Shown here one piece after another: positions 12,601 to 25,850 of a DNA stretch of 64,000 nt (its first letter is position 1; each line of letters begins with the position of its first letter). The notes under the pieces are model-generated. The model saw nothing but the letters and a program-made list of their open reading frames with translations, was not told where the DNA came from and did no database searches. Origin of the DNA: Octopus bimaculoides (lineage: Eukaryota); assembly GCF_001194135.2 (NCBI RefSeq), contig NC_068985.1, positions 9,290,752 to 9,354,751 of the forward strand, read 5' to 3'. Both the position numbers and the translations under genes were made by a program.

Positions 12601-13338
12601 TGTACTAGTGTAGATTCCAATTTCTAATGTTGGTACGAGGCCATATTTGAAATAATATAAACTTTTTAATGTTTGCTTCTGTGTCTTTACGTTCTGAGAT
12701 AAATCCTACTCTACTGGTTCTGCAACCCTGCAAATAATAACTTAATACAACATGGTATTTAGCCGTGCATTCCACTGGTCCTGCAATTCCACCGCTGTGT
12801 AAATGATAATGAAATCTAAAATATAGCGCAGCCATAAAAACTCTGTAGGGCTCAACCAATTACAGTTGATTTTCTTTCTTCTGTCCCAATTTATATCGTC
12901 TTTAAACAGTTTTATAGTCTATCCTACCAATATTTATGCATTTACTTTGCGAATTATGCAATAGAAACAGCTGTATAGTAAAACGTGACATACTTAATGA
13001 TGAGTCGTAAAAGTTGAGGTTTTCGTCTAGAAAAAATTCTTTTAGAAATGTATTGTGTTAAAAACTAAAAAAGAAAAACACTATATACTTCAGAGTGATG
13101 GAATTATGATAAAAGCTAGCATGAGCTAAGAGGCGCCTTGTACATCTATATTTTAGCTTTTTACTTGTTTCAGTCATTAGACTGCGGCCATGCTGGGGCA
13201 CAGTTTTGAAGAGATTTTATTCGAACAAATGAACGCCATTACCTTTTTTTTTCAAGCCTTGTACATATTCTATCTCTCCCTCTTGCCAAAACACTAAATT
13301 ACAGGAACGTAAACAAACCACCACCGGTTGTCAAGCAT

Positions 13339-13373
<35 letters not shown>

Positions 13374-13559
13374 CACGCACACGGGGTTCTTTCAGTTTCC
13401 GTCTACCAAATCCACTCACAAGGCTTTGGTCGGCGGGTGGAGGGCTATTTTAGCGGACACTTGCCCAAAGTACCATGGTGTGAGATTGAACTCGGTGCCA
13501 TGTGGTTGAGAAGCAAACCTCTTACCACACAGCCACGCCTAAACAATACGTGTATTAAT

Positions 13560-13772
13560 CCTTTCTACTATAGGCACAAGGTCTGAAAATTTGGGGCAGG
13601 GGGCTAGTCGATTAGCTCGACCCCGGTATGTAACTGGAACTTAATTTATCGACCCCGAAAGGATGAAAAGCAAAGTCGACCTTGGCAGAATTTGAACTCA
13701 GAACACAGCAACGGGCAAAATATCGTTAAACATTTCGCCTGGCGTGCTAGCGATTCTGCCAGCTCGCCGCCT
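13560..13772 (-). mobile_element. SINE family 1
   Basis: Full reverse-complement match to the family. Confidence 0.85.
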
Positions 13773-14668
13773 CGAATATGTGTATTAATAACGAAATGTG
13801 AGGCGCTCTCTGACTGTTTCTGGGAGCATAAGTCGGATTGAATCAAAGCTTAATTCACGTGATCACGTGATCGACCAGACTGTCGGACGTTGTTGTACAT
13901 CGCTGGTCACAATGCGCTTTGCATCGTTTTAGTTTTTTTGAATGGTGCCAACCCGCAGGTTAGGCGAGCAGGCCAACATTGCCTCTAATCAGAAAGCTGG
14001 TCCATCGCAGAGGGACCTATTTACAGCTGAGTAGACTTGAGCCACGTGAAAGGATATATTCTGTCCAAGTACACAACGCCCATCCGGTCTGAAAATCATG
14101 ATCGTGACTACAAGACGCCTAAGTACTAGGCTACGCGCCTTCACCAAAGCTTAAATGGGTTAACTACATTATACTTAAGTATGTGAATTAAAATTAATCA
14201 TTTACAAATGACTAGAGTGAGGTGGAGGGAAAACCCAAATTTTCCGTCCCTCACGAAAGAAATTGAAGCAGCTGTATAACTTGTCATGTGGAAAATCCAA
14301 ACCAAGAAGAAATCATGGTGCGTATCAGCTAGATCCACTGAGCGGCACTTTAGGCAGTTCTACCATACCCTGTAATAGACTTCGGTTGAGCAATTACTAG
14401 TGTGTGGAAATTAGAATATGGAAACTACGTGGAGGATGTCAAATAAATGCGTGCATATAGACACACACGCACACACACACACATATACATACACACACAT
14501 ACACGCACACATACATGCATATACATACATGAGTGCGTATATTAAGACAGAAAAGGAGACAGAGAAAGAAAAATTGAGAGAGAGAGAGAGAGAGAAATGA
14601 AAAAAACTTAATATATGTATGAATGCATATATATATATACATATATATAATATATATATATATAATGC

Positions 14669-14720
<52 letters not shown>

Positions 14721-15047
14721 NNNNNNNNNNNNNNNNNNNNNNNNNNNNNNNNNNNNNNNNNNNNNNNNNNNNNNNNNNNNNNNNNNNNNNNNNNNNNNNN
14801 NNNNNNNNNNNNNNNNNNNNNNNNNNNNNNNNNNNNNNNNNNNNNNNNNNNNNNNNNNNNNNNNNNNNNNNNNNNNNNNNNNNNNNNNNNNNNNNNNNNN
14901 NNNNNNNNNNNNNNNNNNNNNNNNNNNNNNNNNNNNNNNNNNNNNNNNNNNNNNNNNNNNNNNNNNNNNNNNNNNNNNNNNNNNNNNNNNNNNNNNNNNN
15001 NNNNNNNNNNNNNNNNNNNNNNNNNNNNNNNNNNNTATGTATGTATA

Positions 15048-15083
<36 letters not shown>

Positions 15084-15889
15084 TGTATGTATGTGTGTAT
15101 GTATGTATGCATGCATGGCTGTACGTACGTACGTATGGATGGATGGATGGATGAATGGATGGATGAAAAACAAAGTCAGTGAATTCTTTTTATCGATACT
15201 GATTTTGGATGTGACCCTTCAGACGATGTCAGCGAACTGAGAACGATGACGAAACACATTAGGTCCTTGGATGCATTTGTAAAAGTAGGTTCTCACCATA
15301 TAAGGTTAGTTAAATCATCGTACTTGATGCGGTCTACAAATCTTTATTCTTGGACTAAAGTTTATCATTACGGGAAGCAACTCAGTGTTTTTCCCTTGAA
15401 GGGTAATTACTCAACAACGCTAAAATCAGTTTAGAAGCGATTTCCTAAAACCAATTTTTATAGGTTGTGACGTTTGAATAACTGGATTTTTTTAAACGCT
15501 CTAAGAGGAACCTCTGCTGGTAGCGACAACATGACATTATCTTTGGCCTTTAGTTAAGAAACATTGCGGGTTCTTTGATTAGGATTTGGAATTTTTCGTT
15601 AGGCAAGGTCTTTTCTTCTGTACTCCGAGATTATTATTGCTCTAGGAAGGAAGCCTTCTGTTATATTTGTTCTACACCGAATTGAAGACACTCCCCTGTC
15701 ACTGTCACCATCATGAGGGAGCTTGCCTCCCTTGTTTGTCATTAAGATACGATAAATGGCTGCGTGGTTTTAGCTCTTATTTCTAGCAACACTGGTTCTG
15801 ATTTGTGCCCTCTGTCACTTTAGTGATGTATATATTTCTGCCTTTCGGTTATAAGATTGCGAACTAAATAACCAAGAAGAAAGTGGAAA

Positions 15890-17810
15890 TTTATTCACAT
15901 CCAAGACCTTTTCATTAAAAAATTGTCTACAGTATACGAGCGTATATTACAATGACCAACACATGTTTCTACTGCAGTAGCTACACATTGTTCTGTATGC
16001 AATTATGCATCCTAGTCGCTGAAATTTTATCAAGGGTCTATACAAGGATAACGCACTTTTAACCCTCTTTAACTCCTCAAACCTGAACATAGAAAAATAT
16101 AGGAAAAATGTTTTCGTATATTTTTAAAACATAGGACTTTCAATATTAATGGATGAGGCGCATAACTCAGTTAACTTTCTTGATGTTAATTTAGATCAAA
16201 ATACAGATATATACAGGCCATATAATAAACAAACTTACATTCATAAAAATAGCAGTCACCCAAAAAGTATAACCCGATCTATGGTAGAAAATATATCAAT
16301 CCGAATTAATAAACTCTCAGCGAAAGAGGAAGTATTTAAACTAAATGAGGACTTTTATAATTTCGCACTAGAGAAGGCGAGATATAGAGAAAAACTAAAA
16401 TTCTTTAAAGGTAGCAATAATAGAAATAATGTAAGTTGCTGGATGGACCACACTGACAATAATCATAATAGTATGGATAATATGAAGAACACCACTAACC
16501 AAAAAGAACAGAGAGTAGGAAGAGTTAAAGATAGGAAATCTGTGCAATTAGAATGTAACAATAGAGTACCTAGAAACAAAAATAAGAGTACAAATTTACT
16601 TGAATATGTGCCAAATGAAGTACAAAGTGGCTTAGAAATGAACTGACCTACTAAGAGGTCTCGTTCAGATAGGTTAGATAAACAATACATAAACTCTATA
16701 AGTAGTAATATACAAATAATTGACAAATATAATGTCAAATATAATAACAAACTCAATGCCGTGATAAGAACCAGATACAGAGATTACATACTTTTACAAG
16801 AAGCTTAGGTAGAAATAGAAATACATACCTCAGTAACATCGATAACTCTAGCTATGTAGAATGGTATATAATTCCCTTCGGAAAACAAATAACTTCCAGT
16901 ATGCTGAAATTGTTTTATTTGGTATTGACTAAACATTTTCCAAAAGACAGTAAATACTAAAGAATTTTTAATAAAAATCGAGTTAGATGAGCTTTCTGTA
17001 ATAGCAAAAATCTAGCACAAATTATAGCTGCACACAGCGATAGTAAATTTTAAAGTTTTCATCTGAACAATAGCAATAATAGTAACCAGAATTATAATTA
17101 CAGATCAATAAATAGCAACAGTGTCAACACGAGCGGGCAAACCGTTGGTGACACAGCTGGGTATTAGGATAGGAACTATGGTTTGGCAGCCATTGGAGTT
17201 GAAGAGACCCGATGGAGCTCTACAATTAACCTGGAAGTAAAAAATGTGAATCCTAAAAAGCAAAGTACTCAGAATGTTGTTTATGTGGAAAGGGCTAAAA
17301 GCTTAGAAGATAAACAAGAGATTATAGAAATCACATCTAGAGTAGGTGAAGTGGATACTAGTAATAAAAGTAGTAGAACTATTAAATGCGATTGTACAAG
17401 GAACAGGGTCTGTCCGCTTAACTCTAATTGTAGGCATAAAAATATCATATGCAGATGCAAGATTACCTCAGAGAATAGAGAGTATTTCTATATAGGAGCT
17501 AGCTCATTTTATATTAAGAAGAGAATTGCCAATCTTTTAAGTTCGTTTAGAAATAGGGACAAAATTAATACTGCCAGTCTTAGTAACCTAATTTGGACAC
17601 TAAAAGATAGTAACAAAGTATTTTCAATTCCTTGGGAAATAATTAAAACAAAGCCTTATAGAATAGATGGTAATAGACGTGACCTTTGTGTGGAAGAAAT
17701 GTACCAAATTTTCATTTCTAAATTTACTCTTATAAGCACTAGACAGGAACGGGGTGTGAGATGTCCACACTTGATAGAATATACGTTACGTTTAGACGAT
17801 TTATAGAAAC
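15890..17810 (+). mobile_element. Decayed Penelope-like element (RT C-half plus GIY-YIG)
   Basis: GLYKDNAL at 16035 (decayed YRDD), VNFLDV, YIHKNSSHP, KHFPK...RIFN, CDC...CPLNSNC, YIG, LSNLIWTLK, E..RC.H; multiple stops. Confidence 0.9.
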
Positions 17811-17911
17811 ATAATTTACCAGTAAAAGAAGTATTCTTGCTCTATGATAGCATATGATAGCCAATAACTGTATAGAAGCTTTGCAGTGCACGTTATAAGG
17901 TTATCACCGAG

Positions 17912-18060
<149 letters not shown>

Positions 18061-18744
18061 TGTATGTATGTATGTGTGTATTATGTATTTGTGTATGTAT
18101 GCAAGCATTCTTAAATGTACATATATAATTATATGCAAGCAAGTATACATACGTACGTACGTACATACATACATACATACATACATACATACATACATAC
18201 ATACATACATAAAAGGCTGGCTGATTGTTTCACTGTTGCTACAATCATATCAGCCATAAAAGTATTCGAAGAAGCAGGTTGTTGCAAACATATAATTATA
18301 TATACTTGATAACATCAAATTAAGATTAACCAAATATACCCACCAAGAAGTAAGAATAAAAATAAGACAGATTAAACAGTAAAAACGGCGAAGCAACTTA
18401 AAATTTGGGGTTAAGGAAGTAGCGGTATCTTTAAGAAACAGAATAAACATCTTCTAAAGCGACGTAACAGTCAAATACTTTATTTCGTTGTGACTTAAAT
18501 GTTATACATCGTTTACAGAATCTATTTGGAAAGGCTCAAAGCGTGACTGTGTGGTAACAAGTTTGCTTCTCAACCACAGGGTTATGGGATGAGGTTCGTT
18601 GTGTGGCACTTTGAAGAATTGTCTTATACAGTTACTCCGGCCCATAAAAAGACTCGCAAGTGGAATTGGTGGACGGAAACTAAAAGAAACGTCCAGCCAG
18701 CCACCATGATTGACCGCTAGCTCCCAAAGATTTTTCATTCTCTC

Positions 18745-18860
18745 TCTGTTTATTTCCTCGTGTTCCTTTCTGTTGAAGAGCGTAAGCTCGAAACGTAAAA
18801 GACTTTCTCACCTTCCCAAGCATTAAACTAATATATCTGTTTGTTGTTTATATCCAGTTT
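18745..18860 (+). repeat. Dispersed PLE-LTR-like repeat carrying a hammerhead-like core
   Basis: Copies at 23240-23340(+), 36835-37005(+), 4480-4560(-); core CTGT(T/C)GA-A-GAGC-GTA(A/G)-GCTC-GAAACGT. Confidence 0.65.
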
Positions 18861-18902
18861 TAGAAAAGAGATTCTATCAAAATTGTTTGGGAAGGTTATT
18901 AA

Positions 18903-18961
<59 letters not shown>

Positions 18962-19299
18962 GAGAACATTTTAATCAAGATTTCTCGTGTTCATGAATAT
19001 ATTTTTTCTTTTAGAAAATTACTATTTTTAAATGTCACAACGAGAGATATTCAGCAACAGTACTTTGTAGGAAAGATTATTTGCCAACATAACATGGCAG
19101 TCATGGTTTAGGACGAATGTTGCTGTAATTTAGCCCCAGGAGACATTGTCTCCAGCTAGCTATACGACATGATCTGTGTCCTTATATTTCGAACAAGGGA
19201 ATCTAGCACCCACCCCTCAGCTCAAATTACAGCAACATTCGTCCTAAACCAGGACTGCCATGTTATGTAGGCAAGCAATCTTTATTTTTTTCTTTTGTT

Positions 19300-19860
19300 A
19301 TCCGTTTAGTTAGGTGAGAATGTTTTGATAAAATGTAGTTCCATTGCTTTCTTGTACTTTAGGTCATCGACGGGCATTTGAAGAAGGTAAAGATCTTGGA
19401 TCTGCTGTTTCCGCATATTTCCAGATGCTAACTCAGTGAAAACTTACGGAAGTGTTTATATCTGATGTGTTGTCTGTGGATTCTTGCACGTTGGCAAAGG
19501 GAATTGTTGGTTTCGCCAATATAATTTTCATTGCAATTGGAGAATGTTATGCAGTATATGAGATTCTGTGTCTTGCAGTTCATATCTGCATTTGCTTGGA
19601 AAGAGAACCCACTTTTAAATTTTATATGGGAACCATTGTCCAAATATTTGAAGTTGTTATTAAGTGTTCCGCATGTTATCTCAGCAGTCCTTCGTGGAGA
19701 ATTCTGAATTGTTTGTAAGAATTTTTGGATGACGTTCGCCGTTTCGTATAAAGCTATCATCAACCAAACTTTTCATTTTGCTGTTTTGTAGAAGTATTGG
19801 TAGGTTTATTTCTATACTGTGAAAAATGTTGGTCACTCCTGGGACATGTTTATTGATAAA
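19300..19860 (-). mobile_element. Penelope-like GIY-YIG fragment
   Basis: MNCKTQNLIYCITFSNCNENYIGETNNSLCQRARIHRQHI, then EHLEICG. Confidence 0.85.
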
Positions 19861-20345
19861 TGAAATAATATTTTAATTAATCATTTTCTTAGCAGTCCTC
19901 AGTTGTATGGTGTCCAGTTTATAAAAGCGATGAAACTGGATATCGTACAACCGAGGACACAAAAGAAAAAAAATTAAGGAAAATACTATTCCATTTATGA
20001 ATACATGATTCAGGAATGACTAAGAACTCGTTGAGGTTTATTATACAGGGAATGAAGGGTGGCACAAAAACTGGAGTTCTAATGACGTCAGTATGCAGCC
20101 CATGCGTGACTGCACGGGAAGCGTCGTGTTTGAGCTGAAAGAAAACATTTGAATGGCCTGGTTAATTTCATTTCATTTAATTTCAAAGTTTCAGCTCAGA
20201 GCTGCGGCCATAGAACATGCGTGGAGGTTATTTATGAGATTACGTCATTTTTATTCTCGCTTTGTTGCCTCGTTTTGCTCCATTTTGTTTTCTTTCCAAT
20301 TATTCATCACACCGTGCACACACGCGCACAAACATACATAAACAC

Positions 20346-20460
<115 letters not shown>

Positions 20461-20587
20461 TGTTTGTGGGTGTTTCCATGTATATCTCATTACTGTCATC
20501 TACATTCCCACCTCTGTTAAGCACCACTCATAGATCATAAACTTAGGTCACTGAATAATATTATTTACAGCCAATACGTAGCAGTAA

Positions 20588-20800
20588 AGTGGTGAGGTGG
20601 CAGAATCGTTAGCACGGAGGGTGAAATGCTTATCGGTATTTCTCCTGCCGCTACGTTCTGAGTTCAAATTCCGCCGATGTCGACTTCACCTTTTATCCTT
20701 TCGGGGTCGATAAATTAAGTACCAGTTGCGTACTGGGGTTGATCTAATCGACTGGCCCCCTCCCCAACAATTTCGGGCCTTGTGCCTAGAGTAGAAAAGA
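20588..20800 (+). mobile_element. SINE family 1
   Basis: Near-consensus copy. Confidence 0.9.
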
Positions 20801-21194
20801 ATCGTTAGCGTGGTAGTGGTGTCTTTATTTTAATATTTGTTGCATTAATCTATGGCTTTTTACCATCCTTTCCAAATGTCTTGTGACCTACAAACGTTTT
20901 CTTTTTATTTCACTCAGAACGTTATAAGTTTTGTTTATAAAAGATAGAAACCACGTAACCAAATTCATATTCATTTTTCGTCATAAACCTTACCCTGTGG
21001 TAAGAAGTATAATTAACCAACCGCCTGGTTTCATCTAAGTCCCTCGAGACCACAAAAAGCTTTCTTTAATTTGATAAACAGAAACTGAAAGAAGCCCGTC
21101 GTTTATACCTACATATGTCCACATGTGTGCATGTGTGGACTTATGTATGTACGTCTGCGTGTGTATGTATGTATGTATGTATGTATGTATGTAT

Positions 21195-21440
21195 GAAGAG
21201 GCACGTGACTCAGTGATTAAGGTGTTACACTCATGCTCAAAATATTGTGGTTTCGATTCCTAGACATGGCGATGCGTCGTGTTCTTGCGCAAAACGCTTC
21301 ACTTCGTATTGCTCCAGTCCACTCAACTGGCCAGAATGAGTAATACGTATATATTCCCCCTTGACCAGCGTCTCGTCCAGGGGGGAATATATATACGTTA
21401 AGCAATACGGAGAACCGGCTTTATGAGATTATGGCTTGGG
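21195..21440 (+). mobile_element. SINE family 4 (tRNA head, V-domain-like block)
   Basis: Related to the better copy at 52625-52888(-); others at ~2205-2330(+), 13850-14150(-), 40080-40335(-). Confidence 0.65.
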
Positions 21441-21779
21441 AAGGACCATTATGTGTGTGTCTGTCTGTCTGCCGGCGTTTGTGAGTGCGCGCGCATGAGC
21501 GTACGTGTGGATGGATTGACGGATGGATAGATGGATGGATGGATGGACGGGTGGATGGATTCGAATGTGCATGTGACTGTGTGTCTTCCCCATCGCCACC
21601 GCCACCATTTGACAACCGGTTGTGGCTGCTTACGTCACCGAGACTTAACGGTTCAACAAAACAGCAGCGATAGAATAAATACCAGGTTTCAAAAAAGAAA
21701 AGTGCTGGAGGTCGATTTCCTTAAGACAGTGCTGTAGCATGGCCGCAAAAACAGCAATCAAGCTAAACTTTCCCATGTA

Positions 21780-22350
21780 AATGAACACACCACGTGTGCA
21801 CGCGCACGCGCGCACGCACACACACACACACACACACACACAAACACGCACACGCACACACACAAATACACACATACACATATACAAATACACACACACA
21901 TACACACTCGCATGCACATACACACACACAGATACACACACACACACTCTCTCTCACACACACACACACACGCAAACACACACTCACACACACACGCATG
22001 TACACATGTATGCATACAAACACACACATACACACACACACACACACAAACACTCACACAAATGCATACACATGCTCACACACAAATACACACATAACAC
22101 ACACACTCACACACGTATACACACATACGCACACATACACACACATGCACACACACAAGCACTTACGCACACACACTCTCTCTCTCACATACATACATAC
22201 ACACACTCTCTCACACACACATACACACACGCAAACACACATATTCACACACGTACGCATACACACACACATACACACACATATACACATACACATACTC
22301 ACAAACACACACACAACACACACACACATACACATACACACGAACACACA
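21780..22350. repeat. Long imperfect (CA)n-type microsatellite
   Basis: About 570 bp of CA/TA-rich degenerate repeat. Confidence 0.95.
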
Positions 22351-22562
22351 CAATTATCCTACCCTGGTACTGCTAATTACGATTCACTTCCCGTTGTTTT
22401 TTCACATTTTCCAAATTTCCAGCAGCGATTAAACTGATCTGTCACGGTAATTGATCGCAGTTTTAGTTACTCCTGTAAAATAAAACGTCAATGCACAAAG
22501 AATTAGATTCTGTTTTCTAGCTGCTGGAAGAAGCGATTCATAAACAGACAGACAGACAGACA

Positions 22563-22600
<38 letters not shown>

Positions 22601-23336
22601 TAGGTAGGTAGGAAGGTAGGTGGGTGGGTAGGTAGGTAGGTAAACAGACAGACAGACAGACAGACAGATAGATACATACATACATACATACATACATGGT
22701 GGTGGTTGTCTACTCCTTAAACAGAGTTTGACCACCTCCTGCACCTACACCTTAGCCCTTTCATGGCGTCTGATGTGGCTTTTTAAACCACACAGATTGC
22801 ACATACATACATAGAGAGACAGATAGATAGACTGACAGACAGATAGATACGGATTGTCCGTATTTTAAAACTATGATTTAAAAAAGAAATTCGAAGAAAA
22901 ACGAAGTTTTAGGATTTGGGCGGAGAGCTGGGTTAATGAAAAGGGTTTTTTTTAAAATTCAGTATTGTTTTTAAATTAGCTTTCATTTTCCTTTTGAAAA
23001 TAAAGGAAGTGGAGATTGTAATGGTGATCGCCGTAGTGCAAAAAGAGCTTTTGGCCGAAATTGGTACTGAGTGGGGGAGCAGGTTTGGAAAAAAATTCAT
23101 GCGCAGGTAAGAAGCTTGCTTCCCAACCACATGGTTCTGGGTTCAGTCCCACTGGGTGGTACCTAGAGTAAATGTCTTCTACTATAGCCTTGGGCCGACC
23201 AAAGCCTTCGGAGTGGATTTGGTAGACGGAAACATACATATTTCTGTTTTCCTTTTTGTTGAAGAGCGTAGGTTCGAAACGTAAAAGACTTTCTCACTTC
23301 CCGAGCGTTAAACTAATACATCTGTTTCTTGTTTAC

Positions 23337-23372
<36 letters not shown>

Positions 23373-23534
23373 ACACATTGTGTGTATGCATGATTACTCT
23401 TCGCGTATTTATATAAACACATGCAAATGCCAATTCGTTTATTTATATAAATTGGTTTCTATTTTATATGTTACGTTATTCCCGTTTCTCTTTATCCATG
23501 TAGTATAAGTAACCTATTGAGAATAGTAGCATAC

Positions 23535-23694
23535 GGACTCGAGTTTTTGTGTGGTTCCCCGTCCTCAGCGTGTGTTAATCACCAGCTAGTGATGAAAACT
23601 CACCTCACTCGCAAAATGCTATATGCTTTATAATAACACACTACTATATACTAACACACGTTGAGGACGGGTAACCACCCAGAAACTCGAGTCC
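23535..23694. mobile_element. MITE-like inverted repeat
   Basis: 43-bp arms (23535-23577 and 23652-23694), about 4 mismatches. Confidence 0.6.
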
Positions 23695-24348
23695 CTGTGT
23701 ATCCCGTAAGGCTAGGGATGGGAGCGATGACCTTCCCTCGTAAATACTAATCGGACACAGAATGTATGTCGTTAGCCAGTTGGAAGAGATGTCTTCCTGG
23801 GACTATAGCACTGTCCTTTATAGGACGCCACACTTGGTTGGCAATTATATGTTACGATTCCGTATTGCTATTGTTTACACTTCGCTCCAAGATTTAATAT
23901 AGCTTATTTCTCCTATTGAGAATAGTACTAAACCCAGAAAGTCTTACCAATATTTCTCTGAATGTGATATCGATAAATCAACGATGGTTTGACAGGAACA
24001 TCTGTGGTAGGTAAGAGGTTGAAATCTCTTGATAAATATAATAGGAATAGTGGAGCTTGTTAAATGGTGGACGAGGAAATTTGAGATGCATGAATGAATA
24101 CAGAAATAAATCTATAAATGAAAAAGGATTTTCAAGGAAAAATGATAGTTTGTTTTCAAAGCAAACGTTAATTGTAAAGGTTTCTGTAAATTGATCATGC
24201 TAATTATAAGTGACCTCGAAGATTCCATTTGTAAACAATTAGCTCCCAGGATAGCAAACTCAGGTTCCGGCTCAAACTCAAAACGTATAAATGAATGAAT
24301 GACCTACTCTTGTACACATACGCACACGCACGCACGCACACGCACACG

Positions 24349-24416
<68 letters not shown>

Positions 24417-24567
24417 AACGCGGATGCGGTTGTGCTGTAAGAAATTTGCTTCCTAACCACAAGGTTCCGGTTTCAGTTTCACTGAGAAGCACTTTGTTCG
24501 AGAGACTTCTACTATAACCTCAGGCTCATGAGTGGGTTTCGTTGACGAAAATATCTTTTTATGTTTA

Positions 24568-24680
24568 TGAGGGTGGGGGCTGAAAAATTCCTGGCTTTCG
24601 GTAAAAGAAAATACAGGAGTATCAGTTAATCATGATTTTATTCAATATATTCCCCTATCAGATTCGCCCACCACATCTAA
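24568..24680. mobile_element. Mariner-type terminal fragment
   Basis: TA-TGAGGGTGGGGGCTGAAAAATTCCTGGC terminus followed by TTTATTCAATATATTCCCC. Confidence 0.45.
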
Positions 24681-25095
24681 CCTTTGAAAGATGTTTTATT
24701 TTTCCCTTATTTAGAAATTGAAGCTTAGGATAATTATGAATGGGTTCCACGACAAATTTTTTTTTAAATTAACCACATAAAATTCTCTTGACAAGTTATT
24801 TGTCTAATTATATGTGACTCTATATTTATAGAAGGGGAACAACAACACATTTAAACGATCTTTTACCAAGTCCGTTATTAACCGCCGAGTTATTAACCGC
24901 CGAGTACTTATTAGAAGACATTAATTCGCATGTACAACTTATCACTGATAATTTAAACATTCACAGAAGAGCAGAACCATATGATCGAAAGCCTCCATAC
25001 TATACATTCAAAGACCACGAATCTAATTTCGACAAAAATTTACTACAAGATTAATTAAGCCTACTAAAAATCTAATTAGGAAAAATCGGTAAATA

Positions 25096-25323
25096 TTGGG
25101 TTGTCCGGAAAGTTTGTGCCGAATTTTAAAGGAAAGAAAAAGGTCAATAAATACTTGCCATTACATTTTTAATCAACCAAATATGAACCATTTTGTTGCA
25201 CAATGCGTCTCCATCTTTCCTTTAACTTGAAAATACCCTCTTCTCTGAATTGAGGTGGCTTCATGGCAAATATGTTGAAAGGTAAGCTACTATAAATCGG
25301 CACGAACTTTCCGGACAACCCAA
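25096..25323. mobile_element. Mariner-family MITE with TA TSD
   Basis: TIR TTGGGTTGTCCGGAAAGTT(T/C)GTGCCGA at both ends; TA at 25094-25095 and 25324-25325. Confidence 0.9.
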
Positions 25324-25632
25324 TAGAATGTTGACTAAATTATCAGATTATTGACTAAATTATAACAAATGTTGATTAAGGTTAAAGAGGTATCGTTCTT
25401 ATCACTGTGGCAAAATATGCAAGAAAATATTAAAATGTTCCTTTAAATTAATACCAAATTCTTTCACTTTGACTTTAAATGTGATACTATTTTATTTCTC
25501 GTCTGAGCAAAGGCCTTTCTCTTCATCCGATGTAAATAATAAATATAATAATGAATAATAAATTAATAAATATTAATGACTCAGACATAAATATTACTAC
25601 CTGTGCTAGCAAAATAGAACCCAGGCGCACCA

Positions 25633-25850
25633 CAACGCGGTGAGCTGGCAGGAACGTTAGCACGCCGGGCGAAATGCTTAGCGGTATTTCGTCTGCCGTT
25701 ACGTTCTGAGTTCAAATTCCGCCGAAGTCGACTTTGCCTTTCATCCTTTAGGGTCGATAAATTAAGTACCAGTTGCATACTGGAGTCGATCTAATCGACT
25801 GCGTCTCCACCTCCCCTTAAAATTCTGGGCTTTGTGCATAGAGTAAAAAA
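25633..25850 (+). mobile_element. SINE family 1
   Basis: Near-consensus copy inside the PLE remnant. Confidence 0.9.
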
